Notes under the pieces: model-generated
The model's input: only the letters and a program-made list of their open reading frames with translations
Database searches by the model: none
Told to the model about the DNA's origin: nothing
Shown here: positions 17,427-27,677 of the stretch, piece after piece
Position numbering within the stretch: the first letter of the stretch is position 1
Layout of the letters: the number at the start of each line of letters is the position of its first letter
From: an uncultured bacterium
Lineage (GTDB): Bacteria; UBP4; UBA4092
NCBI GenBank assembly: GCA_964644695.1
Contig: CAZXWN010000002.1
Coordinates: 310,001-374,000, forward strand
Direction of reading: 5' to 3'
Length of the DNA stretch: 64,000 nt
Position numbers and translations under genes: made by a program

Positions 17427-17792
17427 TGTCATTCCTGCGAAAGCAGGAATCCATGTATTAATCCTGTCCGCCCAATTGATAATATAAATCTGTCCATTCC
17501 GGGTTTGAGTCCTCAATGAGTTTTATTTTCCAAGCTCTCTTCCATTTTTTAAGTTGTTTTTCTTTCTCAATGGCCGATTGTATGTTGGGGGTTGTTTCAT
17601 AATAAACTAATTGTTTAATACCATATCGTTTTGTGAAACCAACGATAAGGCCTTTTTTATGTTGATGTACTCTTCTTAGCAAATCGTTTGTGACACCAAT
17701 ATAAAGAGTCCCATTCTTATGGCTGGCCATGATGTATACATAATATTCTCGAATCATAATATTTCAGGTTTCCTGGTTTATCAGGAATGACG
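17427..17792 (-). mobile_element. Putative mini-element: GIY-YIG gene enclosed by inverted palindromic repeats (17427-17453 and degenerate 17766-17792)
   Basis: Left TGTCATTCCTGCGAAAGCAGGAATCCA; right AGGTTTCCTGGTTTATCAGGAATGACG (21/27 match to its reverse complement). The repeats abut the stop and start of the gene. Confidence 0.5.
17458..17757 (-). CDS. Small GIY-YIG nuclease family protein
   Basis: YYVYIMAS...TLYIGVTNDLLRRV...AIEKEKQLKKWKRAWKIKLIE..NPEWTDL. Confidence 0.93.
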   Translation of the reverse strand: MIREYYVYIMASHKNGTLYIGVTNDLLRRVHQHKKGLIVGFTKRYGIKQLVYYETTPNIQSAIEKEKQLKKWKRAWKIKLIEDSNPEWTDLYYQLGGQD

Positions 17793-17965
17793 GTTCATAG
17801 ATCGTGATATTTCAGAACATAAATATTCTTAGACTGATTATGAAAGAACAGACCTGAAATCCCCTGATGAAGAAAAAACAATAAAGTATAAAGAAATTAA
17901 ACAATACATCAATTATAAACGAGACGGGTAAAAGTTTAGAGCATGTTAGAATTGACACCAGACTC

Positions 17966-19330
17966 ATGCGTACCGATAACACCGACATATTTCGTTCTGT
18001 CAGTTCTGAAGGGATAGAAATCAATCCTCAGTTTCAGACGGCTCTGGATATCCTGGAAAATTCTCGTCACCATCTTCTGGTGACGGGAAAGGCTGGAACT
18101 GGGAAATCTACTTTCTTGGATTATTTTCGGAAAAAAACGGATAAGAATGTCGCGGTACTGGCACCGACGGGTGTTGCCGCAGTCAATGTGCGTGGTGAGA
18201 CGATTCATTCCTTCTTCCGATTTCGTCCTGATATCACTCCTGAGAAAGTCAAACGACTCCGATTCAAAGATCCTATGGTGGAAAACATCTATAAATTGGT
18301 GGATGTTATTGTCATTGATGAGATATCTATGGTTCGTGCCGATTTATTGGATTGTGTAGACAGGGCGTTAAGATTATATCGAGGACGGAGAACGATTCCC
18401 TTTGGTGGATGTCAGATGGTGTTTATTGGAGACCTCCATCAATTACCACCGGTTGTGGCGAATGACGAGCGACAGATATTCTCAACACGATACAGTAGTG
18501 AATATTTCTTCTCTGCTGATGTGATGACTCAGATAAATCTGGATTTTGTTGAATTGGACCGAGTCTATCGTCAAACCGATGAAACTTTTATCCAGTTATT
18601 AAATGGTATCAGGAACAATTGTCTGACTGAAAATGAACTGGAACGAATCAACGCCCGATACCAGCCGGGTCTGGGAGACCTGTCCGGTTCGTGGAATATT
18701 CATCTCACAACCACCAATATTCATGCACAAAATATAAATAATCGCAGGTTAGTTGAGTTGAAAGGGACTACTCAATCTTTTCCGGGTGAGGTCGAAGGTG
18801 ATTTTAATGCCAAAGCACTTCCCACGGAAACCATGTTGTATTTGAAAGAGGGAGCGCAGGTCATGCTCCTCAACAATGATATTTCAGGGCGTTGGGTGAA
18901 TGGTACTTTGGGCCGAGTCCATGGGTATGATAAAGAAGATATCCTTATTCAATTGTCCAATGGGTCTTTATATTCTGTTGCACCTCATACCTGGGAATTA
19001 TTCCGATTTAAGTGGAATCAGGAAGAAGAAAAACTCGAATCGGAATCCGTAGGGAAGTTTAAACAATACCCCCTTAGATTAGCTTGGGCTGTTACGGTTC
19101 ATAAAGCCCAGGGGAAAACTTTTGATCAGGTTGTCATTGATTTGACGGGAGGGGTGTTTGCTCCCGGACAAGCCTATGTAGCATTTTCTCGATGCCGAAG
19201 CCTGGAAGGTATTCACTTGAAGAAGCCACTACGATATCATCATATTATGGTGGATGACAGAATTAATGAATTTATGCGGGAAGCCAGAACTGGCGGACTT
19301 AAGGGTAAATCCCTTTTTATGATGGAGTAA
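17966..19330 (+). CDS. Pif1-like SF1B DNA helicase
   Basis: GKAGTGKST, APTGVAAVNV, IDEISMV, GDLHQLPPV, QYPLRLAWAVTVHKAQGKT, GQAYVAFSR. Confidence 0.92.
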   Translation: MRTDNTDIFRSVSSEGIEINPQFQTALDILENSRHHLLVTGKAGTGKSTFLDYFRKKTDKNVAVLAPTGVAAVNVRGETIHSFFRFRPDITPEKVKRLRFKDPMVENIYKLVDVIVIDEISMVRADLLDCVDRALRLYRGRRTIPFGGCQMVFIGDLHQLPPVVANDERQIFSTRYSSEYFFSADVMTQINLDFVELDRVYRQTDETFIQLLNGIRNNCLTENELERINARYQPGLGDLSGSWNIHLTTTNIHAQNINNRRLVELKGTTQSFPGEVEGDFNAKALPTETMLYLKEGAQVMLLNNDISGRWVNGTLGRVHGYDKEDILIQLSNGSLYSVAPHTWELFRFKWNQEEEKLESESVGKFKQYPLRLAWAVTVHKAQGKTFDQVVIDLTGGVFAPGQAYVAFSRCRSLEGIHLKKPLRYHHIMVDDRINEFMREARTGGLKGKSLFMME

Positions 19331-19512
19331 ATGATGGGAGTCGCCTTATTTTTCCTCTTATTTTTTACCACTATCTTTGCTTTTATTGATTATCCATAAC
19401 ATTCTTAATATTATCTTTCTCTCCCTTGAAACAGCCTTATCCTCTCTGTATAGAAAACTCCTTAAAATAATAGATACAACTTATTATTTATCAATTGGAT
19501 ATGTTGTTGGTA

Positions 19513-19561
19513 AACGAATCATCCACGGAGCTGTTCCGAGCTGCTCCGTGGATGATTCGTT
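19513..19561. repeat. Dispersed palindromic (REP-like) element, copy A
   Basis: AACGAATCATCCACGGAGC-N11-GCTCCGTGGATGATTCGTT, a perfect 19-bp stem; homologous copies at 46496 and 61264. Confidence 0.85.
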
Positions 19562-19572
19562 ATAGAGACAGA

Positions 19573-20115
19573 TTAGGGGGAAGCTGGACTCAGGAGTAAA
19601 TCACTGTAGGAAACAGTAATTAAGTCACTTTCAGAAATCTTGAGTTGGGACTGATAGTAACGGCATTGGACCAGAAGTTGGTCCCGGGTCAGAGTTCCAT
19701 CATGACAAGTGGCCTCTATTTCCATAAAAGAACCTAATCCGTTTACCTGGTCAATGTGAAATTTAACATTATTGATGTAATAAATCTCCCGAACCTTGTC
19801 CACAACAATTAATATTCCAATGGCCTCCGTCAGAAGGGTTTTAAGACTACTATCTTTATCAACAGGATGAAGGATATACTCACAAGTCTTGGGGCCTGCT
19901 TGATCGGGACGGCGGTAATAAATCAGATTATTTTCAATCCAGCCTTCTCTTAATTTCAAACGCCCCTGAGGTACCCGAAAATAAGTATCAACCTGATGAT
20001 CCACCCCTTTGAAAGAAGCCCCATTATCTTGTAGATATTTACGGATGGGTTCCGGGTCTGAACAATGGGCTTTAATTTCTACATTGATTAAGGGTAATCC
20101 TGCCGTTTCTGCCAT
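19573..20115 (-). CDS. CYTH-domain protein (class IV adenylate cyclase-like)
   Basis: NVEIKA, QVDTYF, RLKLRE, GLGSFMEIE, SYSDLL. Confidence 0.9.
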   Translation of the reverse strand: MAETAGLPLINVEIKAHCSDPEPIRKYLQDNGASFKGVDHQVDTYFRVPQGRLKLREGWIENNLIYYRRPDQAGPKTCEYILHPVDKDSSLKTLLTEAIGILIVVDKVREIYYINNVKFHIDQVNGLGSFMEIEATCHDGTLTRDQLLVQCRYYQSQLKISESDLITVSYSDLLLSPASP

Positions 20116-20132
20116 GAAATAAACTCTCTCAT

Positions 20133-20957
20133 TTATTTAGATTTTCGTGTCATACTGCGGATAACGGACATAAATATCCTGTCGGGTAATAAGCGGCGTA
20201 AGATAAGTGACATCTTTGCCATCGGATCGGCTGGATATCTTAAACGATTGGAGTTATCGGTAGCTGCCTTATAGATAACTTTAGCGACTATTTCGGGAGG
20301 ATATCCGTTCTGAGCGGTTGCCATAATTGTTTTATTCACCCGATTTACATAGTCGAAGTAAGGGCTGTCACTGGGCACTTGGGGTGAATCCATGGATCGG
20401 TCATAGAAGTCAGTTTTGATGGGGCCTGGTTCAATGAGTTTGACTCGAATGTTAAAGGGTTCTAGTTCATAACTGAGAGATTCTGTAAAACCTTCGACTG
20501 CCCATTTGGTTGCATGATAGGGGCTGTATGTTGGGATGGCGGTTCGGCCTGCTACAGAGGCAAGATTGACAATGACTCCACCCCCTTGAAATCTGAAATG
20601 GGGGAGAATGGCTCTGGTGACTGCCATTAATCCAAAGACATTGGTTTCAAATTGGCGGCGGATTTGGGCTTCACTCATTTCCTCAAAGGGACCGGTGAGA
20701 GCATATCCCGCATTGTTGACGAGAACATCAATCTTGCCAAAGTCAGCAATCGCCTTATCCAGGGCAGATTGAATGGAAGCCGGGTCGGTAACATCGAGTT
20801 TATATAACTTTACTTTGTCCCATTCGTTTAGTTCTGTTTCTTTTTCAGGTGTGCGCATGGTGGCAGCGACCTGCCATCCATGTTCCAGAAAGATTCGGGC
20901 TGTGGCTTTCCCAATTCCGCTTGAAGTTCCTGTGATAAATACCGTAGGTTCCATCAT
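20133..20957 (-). CDS. SDR family oxidoreductase
   Basis: TGTSSGIG, NNAG, YHATK. Confidence 0.93.
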   Translation of the reverse strand: MMEPTVFITGTSSGIGKATARIFLEHGWQVAATMRTPEKETELNEWDKVKLYKLDVTDPASIQSALDKAIADFGKIDVLVNNAGYALTGPFEEMSEAQIRRQFETNVFGLMAVTRAILPHFRFQGGGVIVNLASVAGRTAIPTYSPYHATKWAVEGFTESLSYELEPFNIRVKLIEPGPIKTDFYDRSMDSPQVPSDSPYFDYVNRVNKTIMATAQNGYPPEIVAKVIYKAATDNSNRLRYPADPMAKMSLILRRLLPDRIFMSVIRSMTRKSK

Positions 20958-20970
20958 AATTCTCCAGTTG

Positions 20971-21744
20971 TCAGGGTTTGCGTAATTTGAAAATCATAAA
21001 TAAAGGAATATGTCTGGTTCTGTTCCAGAAATCCGGAAATTTGGTTCGGCAGGCGGGAACAGGTTGGGGTTCAACAAAGTCTTCAATCATCATCCCGGAT
21101 TCCCTGATTTCCCGAAGAATCACTTCAAGAGGTTTGTGCCAGTATCTGACAGTGAAATCCCCAAACCAGAGGTCCGTCTGTTTCCGGATTTTAAAGTAAT
21201 CTCCATAGATTTTGGGTGGTTGTCCCTCAGAACCGTTGATATATCCCATCAGCCAGGATTTACGGCCATGAATCATGACCATATTCGTACCCCAATGGAG
21301 AGGGTGATGCGTAGAGAAAAGGAAAGTCCCTTTCTTTTTAAGGACTCGTTTGACTTCTTGGAGTGGTTTGGACCAGTCCTTAATGTAATGAAGAACCAGA
21401 CTGGAATAAACCAGGTCAAAACTACTATCAGGATAATTCAGGGATTCCATACTCATAATCTGGAAATCAATATGGGGGTATTCTTTTTTGGCTTCTGTAA
21501 TCATCCCTTTGGAGACATCCATACCTAAGACTTCTTTGGCACCCCGGTCCAGGATAGACTGACATTCTTCACCTGTCCCACAACCTAAACATAAAACTCG
21601 TTTCCCTTTCAGGTCAGGAAGAAGTTTATACATGGCCGGCTTCTCTAGATATTCATGGGCGGCATTATTTCCAGATCGCATACCTTCCGCCCATCGTTGG
21701 GCGTACTGGTTATAGGATTGCAGAGTCTTCTTATCTGTGGTCAT
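20971..21744 (-). CDS. Class I SAM-dependent methyltransferase
   Basis: VLCLGCGTG; FDLVYSSLVLHY. Confidence 0.9.
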   Translation of the reverse strand: MTTDKKTLQSYNQYAQRWAEGMRSGNNAAHEYLEKPAMYKLLPDLKGKRVLCLGCGTGEECQSILDRGAKEVLGMDVSKGMITEAKKEYPHIDFQIMSMESLNYPDSSFDLVYSSLVLHYIKDWSKPLQEVKRVLKKKGTFLFSTHHPLHWGTNMVMIHGRKSWLMGYINGSEGQPPKIYGDYFKIRKQTDLWFGDFTVRYWHKPLEVILREIRESGMMIEDFVEPQPVPACRTKFPDFWNRTRHIPLFMIFKLRKP

Positions 21745-21818
21745 ATTTCATCATCACATTCATTGAAATAGGAGCAGAAGAATCACTCCTTCTGATTTCA
21801 TTATCTATCGGAGAGAAT

Positions 21819-22553
21819 TTAATCGCAATCGGTGGTAGGGTCAATCGGTTCCAGTTTTAGCAGGGTATCGTCATAAGTCGGAGAAATCTTATACCCGGGA
21901 GGGACAGTGATAAAGCGGTCATCATCCCAGTGTCCGCATAGAAAATCTTTCATTAATTGGGTGTCACCGACTTGGGATAAAAATTTCCATCCAAAATCCT
22001 GGGCTGTTTTACGGGTAAATTCTTTATAGGACTCGACAAAATCCATACCCCAATCAATCCAGATGGCCTGATTGTAATTTCTGAGTCCCTGCCATTCCAT
22101 ATCCATCAGGTAGTCAGCATTATCTTTTCCGAACTTCTCCAGGAAATCTTTTCTTTTTTGTTCCATCGCCTCAAGGGAGGGGACATATCCAGTCTCTATC
22201 CAGCCAGGACTATACCAGTAAGTTCCAGGATTCTTCTCAAAAATATCCAAATACTGTTGGTGGGAACCCAGAAGAAAGGTAATACAGTCATGTCCCCGCA
22301 TCAGGACCAGGGGAATTGACCGTGATTCAATACCCAGAATTCCGTTACTGCATAATCCATATCCAATCAGAATGGCATCATAATCTTCAGAGACCGTATC
22401 AATGGTTTCCTGGACTTTTTTCCGCAGAACCTCTGGGGTATTGTGAAGTCCTTGAGGTAAGAAGGTGAAATTATAAATATTGGATTGTTGGCTGGCCAGC
22501 GCCGTTAACTCACGCCATAGTACATGGCAGGCTATGATGTAATACTTTTTCAT
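21819..22553 (-). CDS. DUF1638-domain protein
   Basis: IACHVL, GLHNTP, GYGLCSNG, HDCITFLLGS, YWYSPGW. Confidence 0.8.
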   Translation of the reverse strand: MKKYYIIACHVLWRELTALASQQSNIYNFTFLPQGLHNTPEVLRKKVQETIDTVSEDYDAILIGYGLCSNGILGIESRSIPLVLMRGHDCITFLLGSHQQYLDIFEKNPGTYWYSPGWIETGYVPSLEAMEQKRKDFLEKFGKDNADYLMDMEWQGLRNYNQAIWIDWGMDFVESYKEFTRKTAQDFGWKFLSQVGDTQLMKDFLCGHWDDDRFITVPPGYKISPTYDDTLLKLEPIDPTTDCD

Positions 22554-22572
22554 GCTTATTATTTTACAGGAA

Positions 22573-23394
22573 TCAGCATTCCTGCATCTTCAGGTAATAG
22601 TACGGCCCTTCTTTTTCAAGGCAAACGGGAAGTCCAAAGAGTGTTTCCAGATTCGATGAATTCAGAACTTCTTCCTTGGGTCCATCGGAAAAAATCCGGC
22701 CGTCTTTAATAAGTAATACCCGGTTGATTTCGGGAATAATATCCAGAAGATTATGAGTTACCAGAATAACGCTTTTCCCGGATTGGGCGATTTTTTGTAC
22801 TGTCGCCCGGAATTGATGTACGGCTCTGAAATCCAGGCTGTTGGTGGGTTCGTCTAATATCATGGCCTCGGGGTTATGTATGAGGGCTTTCCCAATCATG
22901 ACCAACCGTTCTTCTCCGGCAGACAAGGTGACCATGGTTTTCTTTTCCAGGTGAGAGATTCCTAAAAAATCCATGATTTCATCCGTTTTGATTTCCATTT
23001 CCGGAGTTACTAAATGATTTCTGAAAAGTCCTACGGACTGGAAGAAGCCAGATAAGATAATTTCACGAACAGTGATATTTCGATGCAGGAAGTTTTGCAT
23101 ATCAGCGGAGACAATCCCCAGTTTGGAACGGAGTGAAAAAACATTCCAGTTTGCCTGGCCAAAGATTTTTACAGGGTCGCGGTCAAAATTCTGATTCGGA
23201 TAATAATCCCGGGTGATCGTTTTGATAATGGAAGATTTTCCTGAGCCATTGGGTCCAAGTAAGGCCACATTTTCTCCTGGCCGAATGGTGAAGGTGATAT
23301 CATCCAGAACTTTGGCATCTCCTTTGATGACAGTAGCCCGGTCAAATTCAACTAAATATGAATATTCAGAATGGTTTGGGTTGGAATACGGCAT
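22573..23394 (-). CDS. ABC transporter ATP-binding protein (ModF-like, no adjacent permease)
   Basis: GPNGSGKS, LSAGE, ILDEPT, VTH. Confidence 0.9.
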   Translation of the reverse strand: MPYSNPNHSEYSYLVEFDRATVIKGDAKVLDDITFTIRPGENVALLGPNGSGKSSIIKTITRDYYPNQNFDRDPVKIFGQANWNVFSLRSKLGIVSADMQNFLHRNITVREIILSGFFQSVGLFRNHLVTPEMEIKTDEIMDFLGISHLEKKTMVTLSAGEERLVMIGKALIHNPEAMILDEPTNSLDFRAVHQFRATVQKIAQSGKSVILVTHNLLDIIPEINRVLLIKDGRIFSDGPKEEVLNSSNLETLFGLPVCLEKEGPYYYLKMQEC

Positions 23395-23453
23395 GATTCT
23401 TCTCTTAAAGTACTTTTTAATTGGATCAATAATTTACAGAACTGTTCTTGATA

Positions 23454-23918
23454 TTATAGCGATTTTTTCAGGTTGAGCAGGTGTTGATATTGCCAATGCT
23501 GTTCTGTATCAGCGTTAATATCCACTTCTGCAAGGCTGGAAACGGCTCGAATGGCTTTGATGGCGTATCTAGAGGCATGGACAGCATGACCTGCAACATG
23601 AGCTGTTCCCAATGCCTGGCCCGCAGCACGCGCAGCAAAACAAGCCTCTGGAATATTTCCGGCACTTCGGGCCGCGGCATGAGCTGCCAGTGCAATTTTG
23701 CGAACTTCTGGAATCTTTATTTTTCCACACAGCCAGTCATTCACAGCCTCAATTGCCATACGGGGACGATTATCTTCCGGAAACTGGTTTTCAAAACAGG
23801 GGAGTACTCGACGGGCACAGTCAGCTGCCCAGACAGCCAATGTCCTCTGGTCGCTCATTACCGTCAATTCTTTGATTAACAGGTCGATTTTATGATGGTC
23901 TAGTTGTGATCTTTTCAT
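23454..23918 (-). CDS. Imm5-like putative immunity protein
   Basis: WAADCARRVL..FE...PEDNRPR.AI...AARAAGQA..TAHV..HA helical family pattern. Confidence 0.7.
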   Translation of the reverse strand: MKRSQLDHHKIDLLIKELTVMSDQRTLAVWAADCARRVLPCFENQFPEDNRPRMAIEAVNDWLCGKIKIPEVRKIALAAHAAARSAGNIPEACFAARAAGQALGTAHVAGHAVHASRYAIKAIRAVSSLAEVDINADTEQHWQYQHLLNLKKSL

Positions 23919-23972
23919 ATGGAAATTATTCGGCTGTTTATTAGTTCTTATTGCTACATGTATAAAAGCTAG

Positions 23973-25005
23973 TTATGTTATATGTTCTGCGAGTTTCAAG
24001 ATTAACAGGCTTCTGAATGTTAAATCATAAGTTTTTGCTTCTTTACATTTCCAATTATTTTCTAATGCCAATCCATGATACTGAGTCCATTTGTTGAAAT
24101 AGAAATGGGATAGTGGCAAAGTGAATTTATACTCATTCTGCAAGATAATGATGTAGATAGTCAATTTGTTGTTTTAAAGAAGCAATATTATTTGCGATTC
24201 CGAGGCGTGTTATCATTTCCGTTCTGTGGAACCACATCATCCATTCTTTTGCAGTAAGTTCTTCCATATTCTTTGAGAAATTATTCATAAAAGCTGATGC
24301 TGGAGATATTATTTGATTTGCATACAGAAGCTTTATGGGTGGTATTGGGGATAAATTAAATAGTTTGTTGAAAGCTGAAGATAGCATTTTTATTGTGTTG
24401 CTATTTTTCCAACTCTTAGTATGTGCTAATAACCTTAAATGATAAATGCTTGGCCATTTTGTACCATCATTAAAGACATTAACTGTGTTTTTATGCACAT
24501 GGTATATATCATTAAGATCATTAATGCTCAATAAATATTCAAAACCTGAAAGAGCTTCAATTATTTGTTTTTTTATAAAGTCATACTCTTCATGTCCAGC
24601 ATATGCAAAAACGCAAGCTTTTATCATTTGCGATCCGCCCATGTGGCAAAAATCAAGAGGTTTTCCTACATTTTCCATACTTCCTTTATCAAAGGCATCT
24701 CCACGATTGATTAACGCGTTTAAAGCTCCAATAATTGTGGGGTTATTACCTTCAATACCCTTTTCACACAAATACCTTATTCCACTTTCAGGTTCCTTGT
24801 TACCATGAAAGTACCCACCAAGCCAACCATCTTCCTGACACCATGAAAAGACTTCCATTACTTTATCATCTTGAAGAATCATCTCCTGCAGATCCTGCAT
24901 GAATTGACTGGTAATAGATTCGCCTAATATTTCTTTTCTTGTTCTATATTGAATTGAAGGGCAAGCATTGTTTTTGAGTAGTTCAATTGTGGAATTTATA
25001 CTCAT
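23973..25005 (-). pseudogene. Hypothetical protein apparently split by a frameshift near 24135 (ORFs 24133-25005 and 23973-24164)
   Basis: The upstream frame ends ...YLHHYLAE*. The overlapping frame continues NEYKFTLPLSHFYFNKWTQYHGLALENNWK...DLTFRSLLIL, which reads like a natural C-terminus. The region is AT-rich. Confidence 0.6.
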
Positions 25006-25059
25006 GATTTTACTATCCCAATATGGAGATTTTGATTAACATAATATTATTCCATATAA

Positions 25060-25100
25060 AAAAAACGCATACAGGCTATTATTCCCTGTATGCGTTTTTT
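25060..25100. terminator. Intrinsic terminator downstream of tRNA-Ser
   Basis: AAAAAACGCATACAGG-N9-CCTGTATGCGTTTTTT. Confidence 0.85.
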
Positions 25101-25105
25101 AATAA

Positions 25106-25196
25106 TGGCGGAGAGGGTGGGATTCGAACCCACGAAGCCGTTTCCAGCTTACACGCTTTCGAGGCGCGCTCCTTCAACCAACTCGGACACCTCTCC
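25106..25196 (-). tRNA. tRNA-Ser(CGA)
   Basis: GGAGAGGTGTCCGAGTTGGTTGAAGGAGCGCGC-CTCGAAA-GCGTG, long variable arm, GGTTCGAATCC T-arm and an encoded GCCA end. Confidence 0.96.
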
Positions 25197-25245
25197 GTGA
25201 AATAGCAGATTAGAATATATATTATACGGAAGATTGGGAGATTCG

Positions 25246-25719
25246 TCAGTCGGAAGGTTTACGGCGGGCCTGAAAAAAGACCTGCAGTTGATGACGAGTC
25301 TCCTCTTCCAGAACTCCGGAAACCACTTCCATCTGGTGATTAAAGGCTTTGTTTTGGACCAGATTTTCCACTGTTCCTGCACAACCCATTTTTATATCTG
25401 AACACCCATAAACAAGTCTTTCAATATGAGCCAGGACTAATGCTCCGGCACACATCGGGCAGGGTTCTTTGGTGACATAAATCCATGCACCATCCAACCG
25501 TTTTACATTTAATATTTCACAGGCCTTTCTCAGACAGAGTATTTCCGCATGAGCTGTCGTGTCTTTTAAGCTGATATTTCGATTATGATTTTGAGTGATA
25601 ATCTGACCGTTATAGACTAAAACCGCACCGACCGGAACTTCTTCTTCCTGTGCGGCCATGGCAGCTTCGTTTAATGCCAGTCGCATTATTTGTTCATCGA
25701 AAGTGGTATATTGTGGCAT
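25246..25719 (-). CDS. tadA: tRNA adenosine(34) deaminase
   Basis: EVPVGAV, HAE, EPCPMCAGA, FNH, FFQARR. Confidence 0.92.
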   Translation of the reverse strand: MPQYTTFDEQIMRLALNEAAMAAQEEEVPVGAVLVYNGQIITQNHNRNISLKDTTAHAEILCLRKACEILNVKRLDGAWIYVTKEPCPMCAGALVLAHIERLVYGCSDIKMGCAGTVENLVQNKAFNHQMEVVSGVLEEETRHQLQVFFQARRKPSD

Positions 25720-25813
25720 TTGAATATTATACCTGTATAAGGAAATATCCTGGTTTTTGTGAGAGTCACACTCCCGTTAACCCTGTTGGCCGTGTTATTA
25801 TTTGATGATTATT

Positions 25814-26983
25814 ATGAGTAAAAAACGAATAGCCATCTTAGGTTCCTCGGGAACTATTGGTGTAAACACCCTAAAAGTATGTAAACATTTATCTTCTGAG
25901 TTGGAAGTTGTTGGACTTTCTGTCCGTAATTCAATCAATATTTTGGAAGATCAGATTCGTCGTTTTCATCCAAAAGTAGTCTCTGTAGCTGACGTTGAAT
26001 CCGCGGAAGTTCTTCGTTCTGCACTGGCGGATATGGTTAATCCTCCTGAAATATTGTCAGGTTCGCAGGGACTGGTGAATGTTGCCATCCATCCGGATGT
26101 TGATATTGTTGTTGTCGCCACCGTAGGGTCTATTGGATTATTGCCTACACTGGAGGCAATACGGGCAGGTAAAACTATTGCACTGGCCAATAAAGAAGTC
26201 TTGGTAATGGCCGGTGAGCTTGTAATGCAAGCCGCCTATGATAATAAAACGGTCATTTTGCCGGTTGACAGCGAACATAATGCTATCTTCCAGTGTTTAT
26301 CCAATCAACTTGATAAACGTGTTCGGCGCATATTATTAACGGCTTCTGGTGGGCCTTTTAGAACTTATATGGGTGATTTTAAGGATATTACTCTTGAAAT
26401 GGCTTTAAAGCATCCTACCTGGACCATGGGCAAGAAGATAACCATTGACTCGGCCACCCTCATGAATAAAGGTTTTGAACTGATTGAGGCAACGCATTTG
26501 TTTGATGTTACAGCCGATATGATTGAAGTCGTTATCCATCCACAAAGTATTGTTCATTCATTAGTGGAGTTTGTAGATGGGTCTATCCTCGCTCAAATGG
26601 GGATTACAGATATGTTTATGCCCATCCAGTATGCTCTGACGTATCCGAAACGAATGGAAACTCCTTTTCCTCCCCTGGATTTGACCTCCAAAGGCCAGTT
26701 AACATTTGAAAAGCCAAACTTGGATAAATTTCCTTGCCTTCGATTTGCCTATGAGGTTAGTCAGGCAGGTGGCACTTTCCCCGCAGTTTTGAATGCTGCC
26801 AATGAAGTAGCAGTCGCTCGTTTACTTGACCAAACTTTGAAGTTTTATCAAGTTCCGGCTGTGATTGAGGAGACCTTACAACAACATTTATCCGTCATGA
26901 GTCCTCAACTGGATACAATCCTTGACGCTGATAAATGGGCACGCCGGACTGCCCAATCTATTGTGGAGAAATTCCTGAGATAA
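25814..26983 (+). CDS. dxr: 1-deoxy-D-xylulose-5-phosphate reductoisomerase
   Basis: LGSSGTIG, LANKE, PVDSEH, HPTWTMGKKITIDSATLMNKG, NAANE; ATG at 25814. Confidence 0.96.
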   Translation: MSKKRIAILGSSGTIGVNTLKVCKHLSSELEVVGLSVRNSINILEDQIRRFHPKVVSVADVESAEVLRSALADMVNPPEILSGSQGLVNVAIHPDVDIVVVATVGSIGLLPTLEAIRAGKTIALANKEVLVMAGELVMQAAYDNKTVILPVDSEHNAIFQCLSNQLDKRVRRILLTASGGPFRTYMGDFKDITLEMALKHPTWTMGKKITIDSATLMNKGFELIEATHLFDVTADMIEVVIHPQSIVHSLVEFVDGSILAQMGITDMFMPIQYALTYPKRMETPFPPLDLTSKGQLTFEKPNLDKFPCLRFAYEVSQAGGTFPAVLNAANEVAVARLLDQTLKFYQVPAVIEETLQQHLSVMSPQLDTILDADKWARRTAQSIVEKFLR

Positions 26984-26986
26984 CCT

Positions 26987-27673
26987 ATGAAAGGTTTTCT
27001 TAAGAGCAGCTTTGGAATTTGGTTAATCTCAACTCTTGCTTTTATCATCACCCGTGGAATTACCCTTACTCTTCGAATGACCATTCGAGGTGAAGATAAG
27101 GTCCATGATGTTGTTATGTCAGGGACTCCTGTTATCCTTTCTCTCTGGCATGGTCGAATGTTTATCCTGATTGATAAACTTCGGCTGAATTATCCTGATC
27201 GGTTAAAAGTTGCCACTATTGCCAGTCAAAGCCAGGATGGGGAACTTATTAGTCAAACACTGCATAAACTGGGTTTCTATGTTGCTCGGGGTTCATCCAC
27301 TCGCGGTGGTATCAGAGCATCATTACAACTGTTAAAGGTAATGAAAGATGGATACAATATTGCGATAACTGTGGATGGTCCAAAGGGTCCTCGATACGAA
27401 GTTAAGCCTGGAATTATTTTATTGGCTAAGAAAACTGGATATCCCATTCTACCTGTTTCAGCCAGTGCCTATCATGCATGGGTATTTAAGTCATGGGATC
27501 GGTTTCTTCTTCCGAAACCTTTCTCAAAAGTGGTGGTCACAGCAGGTTCTCCCCTTTTTATTCCCTCTGATGCAACGTCTGAAGAATTAGAAGGTTACAG
27601 GAATACTCTTGAAAAAGAAATGAATGAAATAACATTAGAAGCTGACAAACAGTGTCATTTTCGGTTAAATTAA
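26987..27673 (+). CDS. DUF374 / lysophospholipid acyltransferase family protein
   Basis: WHGR, SQSQDGE, RGSSTRGG, DGPKGP, SWDRFLLPKPFS. Confidence 0.88.
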   Translation: MKGFLKSSFGIWLISTLAFIITRGITLTLRMTIRGEDKVHDVVMSGTPVILSLWHGRMFILIDKLRLNYPDRLKVATIASQSQDGELISQTLHKLGFYVARGSSTRGGIRASLQLLKVMKDGYNIAITVDGPKGPRYEVKPGIILLAKKTGYPILPVSASAYHAWVFKSWDRFLLPKPFSKVVVTAGSPLFIPSDATSEELEGYRNTLEKEMNEITLEADKQCHFRLN

Positions 27674-27677
27674 TGGC

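Noticed and set aside
17458-19330. GIY-YIG plus Pif1 helicase as a helicase-nuclease defence system
   Set aside because: The genes are divergent rather than operonic, and the nuclease is better explained by its flanking repeats.
23454-25196. Intact integrative element or prophage at tRNA-Ser
   Set aside because: No integrase and no duplicated tRNA 3' end. The CTCTCCGCCA match inside thiC is short and coding.
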